A stretch of DNA of 64,000 bases from Octopus vulgaris (lineage: Eukaryota): contig OX597822.1 in the NCBI GenBank assembly GCA_951406725.2, positions 42,160,001 through 42,224,000 of the forward strand, given 5' to 3'. The notes below the pieces were generated by a model. The model was not told the origin of the DNA. It ran no database searches and worked only from the letters and a program-made list of their open reading frames with translations. The position numbers and the translations under genes are program-made. This document shows positions 29,031-44,725 of the stretch, in pieces; the stretch's first letter is position 1, and the number at the start of each line of letters is the position of its first letter.

Positions 29031-29634
29031 TACGACGGGCTTCTTTTCAGTTTCCGTCAACCAAATCCACTCACAAGGCTTTGGTCGGCCCGAGACTATA
29101 GTTGAAGACACTTGCCCAAGGTACCACGCAGTGGGACTGAACCCGGAACCATGTGGTTCGTAAACAAGCTACTTACCACACAGCCACTCCTCCGCCTATA
29201 GTAGTAATTATATTATGCATGATAAAAAGCTAGTAATGGTTATTAAAATAAAATGAGATCTCACCAGGCACAGGCAAGTCATTGACTTGCAACGTATAAA
29301 GCAAACCTGCAACTTTTGTCTTTATTAATTTTTTATGATTTCGCTTACATTCCATTTTTAGAGTAAAATAGTCGTGATACTTCACTCACCACTTACGTTG
29401 GTGCTAAACATAACAACTACTTATAAGGACGGCGCTACAAAAAATTGGTTAAGAACCACTACTGTATAGTGCATTGAGCGGGAGGGGGATGGTAAACACA
29501 AGGACTGTGCCGGGCGGCACGTATTCTAACTACGCCAGTGGCCGCGATGATCCAAGCCCAATGCGACGATCGCCTCTAAGTTTCGATATCGTAATCATAC
29601 ACTTACATTTTGTCACCTCTTATAACACTTTTCA

Positions 29635-30120
29635 GTACCGTAAATCCTCGAGTATAGTCCGCACTTGAGTATAATACGCAGGAGATTTTTAGGGGGATGT
29701 ACTTCTGAAAAACCTAAACCTTGTGTATAATACGCACCCCTTCTCTAACTTGAGTCGTGCGTAATTAAGCCAGCAGCACCTAGTCGAACAAACACTTCCG
29801 CGCATGCGTAATACAATAATGATAATGTTCTTAACTGTTATATGGGAATGTAAATATGTTTGCAAATTGTTTTTGTTACATGTTATTCTGTGTTCTGAAT
29901 ACTTTTATTTTAATAAATGTTGCTTACTGCAACTTATGGATGATTCTTTTATGACTTCATTGCTTTCAGGCTTAGCTTAAGGTATTTTCGCACACAACAT
30001 CACAAAATGCGTCTATTTGGACTTCTTTCACGGCAACGAATGATGATCATATTGCAACAGTTCATGCTGCTATCCGTAAATGATGTCCACTGACTGTTCC
30101 CGAAATATCGAAGACGTCGG
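29635..30120 (+). mobile_element. pogo/Tigger-like non-autonomous element (partial)
   Basis: taccgtaaatcctcgagtata terminus with repeated gtataatacgca subterminal motifs. Confidence 0.45.
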
Positions 30121-30249
30121 CTTCTCTCTGTAAAGGTTCATGTACCACGTAGTTATTGACTTACCGTGGTCGAACCATTTTAATATCTCCTTTCAGTAAT
30201 GGTTTATCGTTTTCTCTCTCCCTCTTTTCTCCTCCCTTCTCTGTCTCTG

Positions 30250-30418
<169 letters not shown>

Positions 30419-32876
30419 ACCTACGTACGTACGTATGCATGTAATGGTGTGGGAGTATAAAACAGCAATTATAATGAAAGAAAAAAGCAGGTTTCATCAG
30501 AGAATAAGGTGTAAGGAGATGAAATTGAGAAAGCTGCATTGTTTAATCTAAGTGAGAGTAGAAGGGAGAGACTTGGTGAAAGATAGATGGAGGGAGATCG
30601 AGAAACGGAATGAACATGTCTCCCCAATTAATGTCTAAAGTTACGTCGATAACATTGCGATTAGCAGCATATATTATGGCAGACTAATTGTGTAATATTT
30701 CTGTATAAAACTCGAACTTCGCATGTTTAGTGTCATTCAACTATGCTCACAAAACTGGTTTGAAGAGTATCCAGAAAGCTTTCGTGGTATCACGATTTAA
30801 TTACAGGACCTTATTGATCGATTGATTTTAATAGTTTGGCAACAAGCCTAGCAACACAGTCTCACATATATTTGTTTGACCAGAACAAAAGAAAAAAAAC
30901 CCTATTGTCGCAACCACTTTCAATAAAAACTGTAAAATAAACCATATTTAGGATTAAGAAGGATTAAAATAGACTAAAATTTCGTCCTCTTGTCCGGTTG
31001 TTCTCTTTTGCTAGAGATCAGGGTTGGGGTGTCTATAAATGCTACAGCAAAACATATCCATTGACACTGGTTTCAGTTTGGTATGTTATATTGTATTTGT
31101 AATTGTTGTAGAGAAAAGAACAGAAAAAGAAAAGGGGAGAGATGTGGAGGAGAGCTGAGGGAAATAAAGAAAATAGTAGAAAGGGAAGTCGTAAATTAAA
31201 GCAAGTAGAAGTGATGTAAAACAAGACGGAGCATGAAGGGAGCATCGTAGTAGCTCTGCCAATTCAACGCCATGAATGAAAAAGATATATTCTGATGTCA
31301 ATTGAAACCTCTTGATGAAGCTGACCTTTAGATTGACCTTCAACGAACAAAACCACCACAACAGCAGCAATAGTAGCAACAACAACGAAGATAGTCAACA
31401 ATAGTCTTTTAATAACTTCTGATAATTTAAGGTGGCCAGCTGGCAGAATCGTAAGCACGCCGTGCAAAATGCTTAACAGCATATCGTCCGTCTTCACGGT
31501 TCAGATTCCGCTGAGGTCGACTTGACCGTTCATCCTTCCGGGAGTCGAGAAAATAAGCATCAGTTGAACACCGAGGACAATATAATTGATTTACCCCCTG
31601 CCCTGAAGGTATTGGCCTTGTGCCAAAATTTAAAACCAATATATTCTGATAACTGTATTGAACATAAATAGATAGGTTACGTATTCGGATGTGCCTCAAG
31701 CGTATTTGAACTGGTAAAACGTTTGTATTCATACACATCAGTGTTTAGTGCAGTCACCCCAGATAGACGGATGTATAGATGAATAGAAAGGTAGGCATAC
31801 ATACCAGGCATGCGCTACGTATTTTTTGGGGCCGGGGGGGGGGAGCTGGCCGCATGAGACATAACTGATAATCATGCAGGACACAAGGTAATTATTTTTG
31901 TTAAGCATGCCATTCGTAAAGTCCTGCGGGCCGCAGGAAGATCGTGACTGATACAGACATTTAATCAAGTGAAATTGCATATTATCTCCTGCTTTATATT
32001 ATAATAAGAGATATATATCACCGCGATCACCGTGACCGACCAGGCTATCAGATGTTGCTACACATCGCTTGTCACAATGCGCTTCGCATTGTTTTAGCCT
32101 TCAAATGACGCCACCCCGCTGATTAAGCGAGCAGGCCAACAGAAGAAAGAGTGAGAGAAAGTTGTGGCGAAAGAGTACAGCAGGGAGCGTCGTGGAGCTT
32201 TAGGTGTTTTCACTCAATAAACACTCACAACGCCCGGTCTGGGAATTGAAACCGCGATCCTACGACTGCGAGTCCGCTGCCCTAACCACTGGGCCATTGC
32301 GCTTACACACACACACACACACACACACATACACACATACACACATACATACATACATACATACATACATACATACATACATACATACATACATACATAC
32401 ATACATACATACATACTAGATTTAGACGTAGAAATTGGTTAACTGAGTGTTGAAATAAGGTCGGGAACTAGGAGTGTAAGCCACACCCACAAAAGAATTT
32501 GTGGATAGAGACAGTGAAAACACTTCGGACATGCTCGCTGAAAAACTTCATTGGCAAAACGAACGAGCGTAGAAACATTTTGGGACTGATGTGAAACATT
32601 ACTTTTCCATTATTGGATTTATCTTATTTGATTGATGTTCAAATATAATAATAATTATTATTTTCATATTACCTGTTTTCGTTTTGCTATTAAGATTGAT
32701 AAAAATAAGACCATATAAATTTGAACCTGTGTTTGTACCCTCTAAACAAATTTCGTTCCCACAATTATGAATGTTGAATGACTGGTAGAGCAGAATGAAG
32801 CTGCATGCTATTTCCCATATACAACTAAGTCCAGTTTGGGTGTTTGATGAGACCATTTGTTTATGCATAAACATCG

Positions 32877-33248
32877 TGCAATGGCCCAGTGGTTAGGGCA
32901 GCGGACTCGCGGTCGTAGGATCGCGGTTTCGATTCCCAGACCGGGCGTTGTGAGTGTTTATTGAGCGAAAACACCTAAAGCTCCACGAGTCTCCGGCAGG
33001 GATGGTGGTGATCCCGGCTGTACTCTTTCACCACAACTTTCTCTCACTCTTTCTTCCTGTTTCTGTTGTACCTGTATTTCAAAGGGCCGGCCTTGTCACT
33101 CTCTGTGTCACGCTGAATATCCCCGAGAACTACGTTAAGGGTACACGTGTCTGTGGAGTGCTCAGCCACTTACACGTTAATTTCACGAGCAGGCTGTTCC
33201 GTTGATCGGATCAACCGGAACCCTCGTCGTCGTAACCGACGGAGTGCT
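32877..33248 (+). mobile_element. tRNA-derived SINE family C
   Basis: A-box tggcccagtggttagg, B-box ggtttcgattccc. Relatives at ~17414-17660, 23700-23860(-), 32020-32303(-), 52972-53252, 62164-62263(-), and more distantly 1700-2015, 7335-7660, 9283-9610. Confidence 0.8.
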
Positions 33249-36200
33249 TCCATTCCATGCATAAACATTGCAATGATTACAGTGTTTACTTGTCTGAGAA
33301 TTAAATTGCAACTTATTCGTGTTGAGAAAATTATATGTACTTTGTGGACAAATGATTTTTTTTTAACTTAGGATCGGACAGCGACCAAGAAACCTGCTTT
33401 CTCATAGACGTCTGATGCCTCTCTTTCTTTCTTTTATTGCCCACACAGGGTCTAACACAGAGGGGCCTTTCGCTTGACTGTGGTGCACATCTCGATTTAT
33501 AACCAAGTTTTTGCGAGAAACCTATGGAAATTTCCAGTCGAAATCGTACCTAGCTGAAATACCATTGACTGACAACGAGGCTGAGATCACCTGATATGTT
33601 GTGGTCCTATTTCTTGTTACTGAGCTAACGCGGTTTCAATTCTAAACCCCGCTACTGTCATTTCAATAATTGTTTCATAACGAAAAATGTAACTCTTGAG
33701 ATCTATTGGTTGTCAGTAGTGTGGCAGGAGGTGGGTGAAGACAATGAAACGAGTGAAGTAGTCGGCCCGGTCGCGAAATTTTTTTTGCCACTAGAATTCC
33801 GGACCCTAGTAATGATTTCATTTGCATACAGCCAATCAGAGCTCACTTTGACTTCGTTATGAAGTTAACAAACACACTCAACCAAGTAAGCTCAAGACGA
33901 AGAACGGTGTTGTAAGTCGACCGATCGCCAAATTATGCTCGATTTTAGGAGACAATAATTAGATTTGCATCTATACCTATTATCGGGATTTTGTTAGGGC
34001 CCCATATGGTGAGGAAGTGGATGGGGAAAATGCGGGTAGAAGGTGGTGTGCTAGCAACCATCTCCCTTTACTGTTTTTACAAAGTAAAGAACAAATAACT
34101 ACACAGGGGCAGCCATGGTTGAAACAAGAACAACAAGCATTATTAAAAGAGAAAAGAAACATGGTCATTCCTTACATAAGTAACCATATCTTATTGCCAA
34201 CGCAATTAGTTTGATAGCTGAGCTCTGATTGGGTGTATGCAAATCAGTTCATAACTGAGGTCCGGAACTCTCGAAAGAAAAAAGATTTTGCAGACCGGTC
34301 GACGCTTTTATGAGGGGGTAGTTTTGGGTCTGCTGTATAAGCTTGTGTGTGGCGGGGTGGGGGAGAAAATTCAATGGCTGCAACGATCTAACTACACCAC
34401 TATTAGTCTTCAACATCAAGTATATAATCATTCACTGTACAAATGGGTTTCTGTGCAGCAGACGTGTCAGGTCTTTTTTTTTTAATTTTTTTTGTCTGTC
34501 TGACATTAAGTTACAATACTGTTTTGCATGGATTTATCTCCAGCCATCTGACAATCGCAAATAAAGTACGACTTGTTGAGGAGGCTTAAAAGTATTGAAA
34601 TGTATTCAGAGTTGTCATCATACTACTAAAGGTTACACTCACTTCCTACTTTATTTAATAAATTTTAATTAACATGCCGGGGTACTGTCTCCTACACGAA
34701 AGGCCTGCAGGTACTGCATATGCAAGTGTGAGATATTGGCTATGTGTGAGACATTCTGAACGTATCGCATTATGTACATATGTCATTTTGTGTAGCTTGC
34801 GTGAAATTCTGTCTGTATGCGCGTGTCAGTGAACTGGCTAGTTTGTATGGCTGTATTTTATTATCTATGCGACGTTCGATCTGTATTTATGTCTCGAAAT
34901 GGGAAATTATGTTATGAGTGACACCATTATGTGTGACTACGTTGGTATCGTTTGTGACAGAGTATGTCATTGTATGTGACAGTGTGTGGATGTTACGTGA
35001 CGTAACGCTGTCTACCGTTGTGCGAGAGATATTGTATAAGTGACATTCTTTTACTTGCTAAATCAAGAAGGGACATCCTCTGATAACAGTGAAACTGATG
35101 CTGTTAACGATGAGCAGAGAGAGAGAGAGAGAGAGAAGAAATTTAACAGAGGCAACATTCTGAAAAAGAAGAAGTAGTCATAGTAATTAGTGTTAGGTTT
35201 GGTTAGAGCGGTGGACACAGTAAGGCTGATGGGATAAAGAGCTGAAAATACCCAAGTAACGGCAACACAAGACCAACTGCTTTCGAGAAGCAGAGGACAT
35301 TTTAGTTGCTGTAGAAAAGACAGCAAATATGTGAGACGAGGCTGTTTAAAAGAATAATCTCTCTCTGGACGTGGTCTTAGTCTGTTTGAAAGAAGCAGAG
35401 GCAATACTCCACCGTGGACTTCGCCCGAGTTTTGTTGAAAAACATTAATTGCTGAGGGGAGGACAACTGAAGTATTTTCTGGTTCTGAAAGGAAGGACCG
35501 GTCTTAGTCTTCGAAATGAAACATTGTGTGTATGATTATTTGTGTGGGCAGTGTGTGTAGTTATTATTCTTGTGACATCGTGTACGTAATAGTCTGTGGA
35601 CCTGGTGTTTTTGTATATATGTGTATTAGCGAGAGATAGATAGATAGTATATATATATAGAGAGAGGAGAGAGATGGGACGAGCGAAAGAAGTTGTGTAT
35701 GCTATTTCTTTTTATCTCCCACTTGTTGCAGTCATTGGACTGCAACCATGCTGTAGTGCCACCGTGAAGAGTTTCGTCGAACAAACCAACCCCAGCACTT
35801 TTTTTTTTTTTAAGATAAGTACTTATTGTATCGTTTTCTTTTACCGAACCGTTACATTACGGGGATGTAAATAAACTAACACCGTTTTCAAGCATTGGAG
35901 ACAAACACACACACACACACACAAATACAACGGTCTTCTTTCAATTTCCATCGACCAAATCCACTCGCAAAGCTTTGGTAAGCCCGACATTATAGCAGAA
36001 GACAATTCCCCAAGCTTCCACGCGGTGAAACTGAACCTGAAACAGAGTGGTCGAGAAGTAAACTTCTTACCACACAGCCACGCATGCGCCTATATCAAGT
36101 ACGACAGTGTGTTAGGCAGAGTCACTTTGTAGCTGCTGCATCAATCTGAGGTACCACAGTGTCACAGACTGATACCACACAAATGGCGAATTGACGCTTT

Positions 36201-36302
36201 GTGACTTGAATGTTTTTCTCAAAGTGGAATAAATTGGTTGCAAATGGGAAATTGAAAACCAGCCCCAGTTTTACTTACATTCTACGTACACCATAAAGTT
36301 AT

Positions 36303-36715
36303 CGGATCTTTTCGGTTTGAACGGCAGTTTTTTAAAATAATTTCCACGTAACTAAACACTTTTAAACTTCGTATACTGGTAGAATATGTTTATAAAACAT
36401 CTTTTTCTCTTGGCTTTATTGAGAAAATTCTATAGTTTGTAAGATATTTGTTGTTGTTTTTTTCTTCAATTTCAACCAATCAATGCCGTCTATTGAGGTG
36501 AAAACATTCTGTGCCGTATGAATATGTCCCTCGTTTAAGAAACAGATTGGGTTTATTTACATTTGTGAAGAAAAAAAGATACCCTTCCCCCCAACCCCTA
36601 ACCCTAACCCTAAAACAGATTGAAATGCAATAGATCGATACTAAGGTCATAATTATGGATGACAATTTCATATGACACCGTTAGAAAAATTTGCCGTTCA
36701 AACCGAATAGATCCG
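36303..36715. mobile_element. MITE
   Basis: TIR cggatcttttcggtttgaacggca / tgccgttcaaaccgaatagatccg, flanked by a ttat duplication. Confidence 0.8.
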
Positions 36716-37392
36716 TTATCTTTTATTCTGTGACACTCTTATCATGATGATGCTCATGATTATAATGGTGATGGTAGTGTAATGAATGATGATGGGGGGG
36801 GGGGGGTAGTGATGTTGGTGGTAGCGATGATGGCGATAGGAAAATGGTGATGATGATGATGATGATGAAGAGCAATAATGTTTAGTCAAACATCCGGGAG
36901 TGTGTCGGATGAAGATCTATGACGTAAACATCAATTGGAAAATGGTAGTTGGGTGAGATTTCAATAGAGGGTTTATGAGAAAGTTGCGGGTGGTTGCACG
37001 TGGGGCATACGGGTATGTAAACGGAGTGGGGTTATGGTAGAAGTGGGTTGTTGTTGTTGTTGTTGTTATTGATATTTAACCCTAGATAGACCCTGATCGA
37101 GCAGACTTGTACCTGTCGTGACCATCTCGTCCGTCTTAGGATTGTAGGCTACCGTATTTAATGTCTATATTAGAGGATGTAATTTGAGGCGATTTGGTTA
37201 TTATTTCTAGTGGGTTCGTAAGAGCCTTCCCAGTTAGCACGTGGTCTTATTTTGTGATGAAGCTGGTGTTGTGAGTCAGACTGGAAAGAAAGAAAGAGAG
37301 AGAGAGAGAGAGCATACATTTGAATAAGCGTATTGATAGTATAGTGTTCTAAATGACATGCAGGTGTGAGTGACACACTTGCTACCTGAAGA

Positions 37393-37453
<61 letters not shown>

Positions 37454-37492
37454 TATATACTTTATTTAAAGCAGCAGAAAATTCAACAAAAT

Positions 37493-37530
37493 CTGTTACT
37501 CTGAGTTTCTCGTTGCCGCTCATCAGACAG
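37493..37530 (-). ncRNA. minimal type I hammerhead motif in an ~80-bp insert inside (TA)n
   Basis: Minus strand: ctgt-CTGATGA-g cg gcaa cg a-GAAA-ctc a gag-TA-acag. Confidence 0.7.
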
Positions 37531-38168
37531 TTTTTGCTATATATATATATATATATATTGCTGGCGAAGCCATAGTATTTCATTTTGAAACCATGTATAT
37601 ACTTTTTTAAGATAAGCATATAGTGTTGAGAGAAAAGACAGCAATAACTGAAACATTTTTTTAAACAATTTTTTTAGAGCTATTGACACGAAGTCTGAGT
37701 CTGAATTTTTAAGGAAGGAAACTCTAGGGTGTTGTGATAGTCATCCTTTCTCTAAGAAACTAGCAACGTAAATAATGTGTTTTAAATGAATAACGAAACT
37801 GCTAGGACAATAGAACTGAAGCTGATAATACCCACATTATAATAAGGAGAAAGAGAAAGATCGAGACAGGCAGAGAGAGAGAGAAAGAAATGTAACAGGA
37901 ATAGTAAGAGGAGGAAGATAGAAGAATATAGAGTGGAAGTGAAGAAGAAATAAAAGGGAGAATGGGAGGGTAGCGTGAACTGAAGGTCAGTAAATGATCG
38001 ACCGACTAGCCGGACGCAACTGAGGAATAGTAAGAGGTTAAATATAAGACAGAAGGAAAGAAAAGGAAAAAGAGATATAGAGGAGAATATAGAGTGATGA
38101 AGAAGGAGAAGGAAGAGAAATAGAAAAAGATAGATAGATAAATAAAGAGTGAGTGAGTAGTGCTGCTG

Positions 38169-38208
38169 TATATAAAACCACACAGCACTAAGTGATCTTA
38201 ATTCAGTC
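38169..38208 (+). promoter_or_regulatory. core promoter of alpha-tubulin gene 2 (TATA + Inr)
   Basis: TATATAAAA at 38169-38177 and TCAGTC initiator at 38203-38208, about 130 nt upstream of ATG-gtaagc. Confidence 0.7.
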
Positions 38209-38335
38209 GCTTTGCGGTCTCATGTAGGATTCATCACATCCCAGTGAGTCTTCTCGGCTAAAGTTTGCCCTCATATCTTCAGAACAAAACAACCCCTTTC
38301 TTTCAACTCTCTAAATTACTAACAACTTTTGAACA

Positions 38336-38338
38336 ATG
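38336..38338 (+). CDS. TUBA: alpha-tubulin gene 2, exon 1 (ATG only)
   Basis: aaca-ATG-gtaagc downstream of TATA/Inr. Joins 43144 to give MREC. Confidence 0.8.
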
Positions 38339-40773
38339 GTAAGCTATTTACATTTTAATTCAATAATTAATAATTTCGAAAACTTTTATCAATTTTCTTT
38401 TAATTCATCCCACCTTTTTTTTTATTTTTATTTTTTTTTATCTAAAGCAAAATTGTCTAAATTTTCAATGCGCTCTGATGAAGATCTGAGGTTTATTTCC
38501 GCGCCTGATTTGCTTCGAGAATCTTCCACGATAACTTTCTGACTCAACTTGTTCCTAGTATGAGGCTGAAACCACTAGCTATGCCTGTATTTTAAGATGG
38601 GTTAATATATAGATCCACGCCCAGGTGGCAAAAATGGAAAAAAATATGTGTAACAGGTGTAAGGCATCGTATATTGAAGGAATATGACGAAAAAAAAGCG
38701 CGCTGACAAACGGGTGGATGGGGAGGGGGCTCGGAAAATTCCCACGAATCTTTTTTATTTTATCTCCTCGGGACCTATTTTATCTTAAGCTAATCGTTTC
38801 TACGTTTATACTTTCTTAGTTCAATTAGAATTTACAAACATTTGAGATCTGCCCGTCACCTCACTGATTTTTTTTGTTTTTTTTTTTCTTATTTTTTTTT
38901 CAAGTTTCGCAAAGTAAAGTTTTAAAACTTAGATGATTTGGCGCAAAATTTAAATATTAAAAAAAAAATTAAACGAAATTAACATTCCTATAGAAAATCA
39001 TTAAATAATTGAGTGCACCAAAATCTAATTTTTTCAGGTGTCTGTTTTAAGCCTTGTAGAATTCTAAACCAACAAAAAACAATTTAGTTGATGGTTAGGC
39101 AGATGCTTCTTTTAAATATTTGGGATTATTGGACATTTTCAGGAAAAAGTCAAAACTTTAAAATATGGATGTTGGAGGGGGTAAACTTTCGGCGAAAGTA
39201 AAGAAGACGTACACCCGGTGTTTATGGGGTTAGGATTTTTGGCGAAAACGGGTAGTGTACGTATTCTTCACCTCCGCCAAACTTTCATTGGTTATATACA
39301 TTCAAAGAAATTACACCTTTGGTGCACGAGCTAATTGCTAATTCTGCATTCCTCCAAATATTTTAATATAAAATGGATTTTAAGTGTTAACTGAGACCGT
39401 ATTTGCTTTCATAGTTAATTTTACTTATAAAAATAGATATCAAAACAAACAGCAGGCATCATTCTATCGTCAACTACAATCACTTCCTAGTATTTTCGCG
39501 GCTCACTGTTGCAGTCACCCGCCTTTTCATACCCGGTTTATTTATTTATTTTTTGTATTTCCTTTAAACTGAATTCATTGTTTCGCGCTTCTCTCTTTCT
39601 TCTTCTCCCACCTGCTATTTCTATCTCAGTATATCTTGTCCTAATTTATTTACTGCCGCACAATTATATTCGTACCCACAATTATGTTCCTCTCACGACG
39701 GACTGGGTTCAATTTCTCAGTGATGACATTTCGTTTAACTTTCATTGCTTCTGTTTCATAACGTAATTATTATTATTATTATACATCTCTTTAAACTGGA
39801 GAAATCAGTATTTCAATAAATTACTTTTCCGTGATGTTATGACTAAAGCACTGAAACTGTAGTTGCTACACATGGATGGGACTTTAGTTTTTAGCTCCTG
39901 ATCTAATCAGATGTAAAGATATCGCTTTCCTTCACCAAAATTTAAGAATTTGTTTTCTCTTCTAAATATGCGGAAAAATACGGACATCGGGATTCGGACA
40001 AAAGTTTCGAAACATTTCTGTAGTTGTAGTTACGGTTTTAGGGTTAGTGTTGCGCAAAAAAGTCAAAATTGAAGTTGGTGGTGGGATTTTCACAATGCCA
40101 ATTTTAGGCAATTTTCCGGAACCTCCGTATCCGAAAACGGATTTTTGGCAAAAAAAATTTTTTAAATAAACAAATTTTTGGGCGGGGGAAGTCTTTCCTC
40201 ATTCACTTGCAATCCGTGGAATTGCATCAAACGATTCATTTACTGGTTTCAGTCATGTTATTTGGCCTTGCCCCTGTAATTTATAGTATTTTAGTCGTTC
40301 CGCACATCTGTTTGCCGTGCAGGGGAATTGAACTCGAGATTACATGGATACGAAGCGAATTAACCACACAGTTTACATGTTTGCTAATAAATGATTTCAA
40401 CCTCTGCAGGTTGCGATATTTCTAATTTTCCACTGTAAACCAATCAACAGGTGGAGTTGTCAGGTGGCACATTAACTCTCAGTAGTCAGATCCAGAGTAC
40501 TGTAAACAGGTTGTGCTCCTCTTCAGGTTCGCTCTGAGGTTGACTGTAAATGATATTTCAGGCATGCATTTTTTTTTCCTTTCGGGTTTGGGGGCCCATA
40601 ATTGGTCTTGTTTTCTAAATCTTGGGTGTGGTTTGAGAGTTTTGTCGTATATTTTCAGTACATCGAGTAACGATTGAAAGGGCTTTCATTTTTTTTATCT
40701 GCATAAACAACACGGATCTCTAAAATTTGCGTTATGAAACACACCTTTGTTATTCTCTTTACAATCTGATTTC

Positions 40774-40957
40774 GGTACTATTTAAGAAGAGTGGTCCCGG
40801 TGCGCGCACTCGCCCATCCGCGCTAGCTGGTCGTGACTAGTCGATCCTACAACGACTATCTAGCAAAGTAAATAAAACACAAAGGATCGACTAATCACGA
40901 CTAGCTAACGCGGATGCGCGAGTGCGCGCAGCGGGACCACTCTTCTTAAATAGTACC
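40774..40957. mobile_element. Merlin-type foldback MITE
   Basis: GGTAC termini (GGNRM), long TIRs, perfect 8-bp TSD ctgatttc. Sibling copies at 41016-41152 (partial), 41370-41609 and 51605-51844. Confidence 0.8.
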
Positions 40958-42029
40958 CTGATTTCATTTTAACCGTAATAGAAGTGTAGCTTACTGTGTA
41001 TGTATAACACAAGTGGGTACTACTTGAGAACAGTGGTCCCAGTGCGCGTAGTGACGCATCCGCGCTAGCTAGTCGTGACTAGTCGATCCTACGACTACCA
41101 GCAAAGTAAATAAGGCACAAAAACAAAGTGAGGATCGACTGGTCATGACTATGAAAAGAAAATTGCAAATAATGAACGGGGGGGGGACTTTCGGAGAATT
41201 CACACGATCCGATTTTTCCCCTCATAACTTTCGGAAAGTGGATATATATTGATTTTTTTTTTTTTTTTTTTTTTTTACGAAATTCCACGTTTTTGGCTAT
41301 ATAGAATACAATTCTGAAAAAATCATGAAATTTCAATTTTCCAAAACAAACATATATATATAACATATAGGTACTATTTAAGTAGAGTGGTCCTGGTGCG
41401 CGCACTCGCGCATCCGCGCTAGCTAGTCGTGACTAGTCGATCCTTACTTTGTGTTTTACTTTGTTTTAAAAAAAATGATTTACTTTGTGTAAAAAGATTA
41501 TTTATGTATTTTTACTTTGCTAGGTAGTCGTTGTAGGATCGATTAATCACGGCTAGCTAGCTCGGATGCGCGAGTGCGCGCACTGGGACCACTCTTCTTA
41601 AATAGCCCCAACCCCTTTCGCGAGCGCGCATTTTTTTTTTTTTATTCGTTTAGAGGAAGTTGTTTTACACCTATTACACTTTTTTTAATGACCGGGAACG
41701 CTTTAGTTTAACATATATTGTGATACCAGTGCCGGTGGCACATAAGAGAACCATCCGAACGTGGCCGTTGCCAGCGCCGCCCCGACTGGCCTCTGTGCCG
41801 GTGGCACGTAAAAAGCACCCACTACACTCATGGAGTGGTTGGCGTTAGGAGGGGCATCCAGCCGTAGAAACATTGCCAGCTCAGACTGGGCCTGGTGCAG
41901 CCTTCTGGCTTCCCAGACCCCAGTTGAACCGTCCAACCCATGCTAGTGTGGAAAGCGGACGCTAAACGATGACGATGATATATATATATATATATATATA
42001 TATACTGCGATGACATCCCTCATCGCAGG

Positions 42030-42295
42030 GTATACACGCAGCAAGTTTAGATGGGCTGGACACGTCGCCCGACTCACCGATAATCGGTGGACCCGCGTAG
42101 TTGTCGAGTGGTACCCGCGCGAGCGTAAACGACCACCCGGAAGGTCTCCAAGACGGTGGAGTTACGATTTCAGGAGGACGATTGGGATCACGTGGATGAG
42201 AAAGGCGCGACTCAGAGAGGAGTGGACAGCGTGCTGTGACCAGCGGTGTGTCAAATGGACGCCCAACGGACTGGTCGGTCAAGGTGAAGGTGATA
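42030..42295 (+). mobile_element. RTE-type LINE 3' fragment (second family)
   Basis: RWAGHVARLTDNRWT..EWYPRERKRPPGRSPRRW followed by a short-repeat tail. Confidence 0.8.
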
Positions 42296-42332
42296 TACAC
42301 ACACACACACACACACTCCCAACTCCTCTCCC

Positions 42333-42754
42333 CTCCCAATTCTACGGCCTTGGCCTTAATACAGGCTACCCTCATGCTAGAAATAACAGCCACATCTCAC
42401 AAAACTGCAAAAACATAATGAAAGAAATGTGTAATCAATCTACTAATCACCTTTCTGCAGAGATTTCTTTCAGAGTAATTTCCCGCAGTAATATGACAAA
42501 GTAATTCATGTGAAATTACAGGTTTTTTTTTTTTTCTTATCTCAAAAATTATGGAAGAGAAATAACAGCAAGCTCTTTTGCAAAAAAGAAAAGTAAAAAT
42601 AGCAAAGAAATACTTTGTCAAAGTGAAATTAAAGACAATCATTTGACCAGTGCAAAACATCGTGTGTTTGGAACTGAAAATGGTCTTGCCCATTTGAGAT
42701 TTGGCTGTTATTTCTAGCATGTGGATAGCCTGCTTGAAGGCCAAGAATTGGGAG
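42333..42754. mobile_element. MITE with ~65-bp imperfect TIRs
   Basis: cttggcctt..caggcta..catgctagaaataacagcca is mirrored at 42692-42754. Confidence 0.6.
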
Positions 42755-43089
42755 TGGGGGGGGATTTTTTTTTTTTCATTTTCCCGAAAGTTATGAAAGA
42801 AATATTGGGTCTTTGAATTTCCCGAAAGTCCACTCCCCACCCTCCGGTTCGTTTGCGCAATTTTTTTTAATATTCGTTTTCTACAGTTAACACCAAGCGA
42901 CTGGGTTTTTTTTGTTTTGTTTTTTTTCGTTAACATCATTCTAACAAGCCTAAATTTGCACCCTTTTTGCTAATTTCGGAAATATTGCGAAAGTGTTGGT
43001 ATTTCCTGAGGTCAGTGGTTTGGGGAAACTAAAATTTAATGAGGATATTAAAATCCCATTGCTGCCGTTCCACCTCAGAATCTTTATAA

Positions 43090-43371
<282 letters not shown>

Positions 43372-43553
43372 TAATCTGATAATTTGGTTAATTAACTAAG
43401 CTCACAATTAAATGGTTCAGCCACTTCCTTCATTCTGAGTTCCTAATTTATAATTAATGTATAATCATATGATGCCCTGCAGTAAATTTTGTTTAAAATG
43501 TTTTTCATCTTTTTAGAATATTGTGAAGGATTATTTCTCAACTAAATTTTTAA

Positions 43554-44690
<1,137 letters not shown>

Positions 44691-44725
44691 TTTCTTCAAC
44701 AAACTGAAACGTAACAAAGCATGGA

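Noticed and set aside
36590-36615. (CCCTAA)n telomere-like units, also at ~50300-50345
   Set aside because: Only a few units, internal to MITEs; not a telomere.
38470-38580. CTGATGA in tubulin 2 intron 1 as a hammerhead
   Set aside because: Could not build stems I-III with a correctly placed GAAA and UH.
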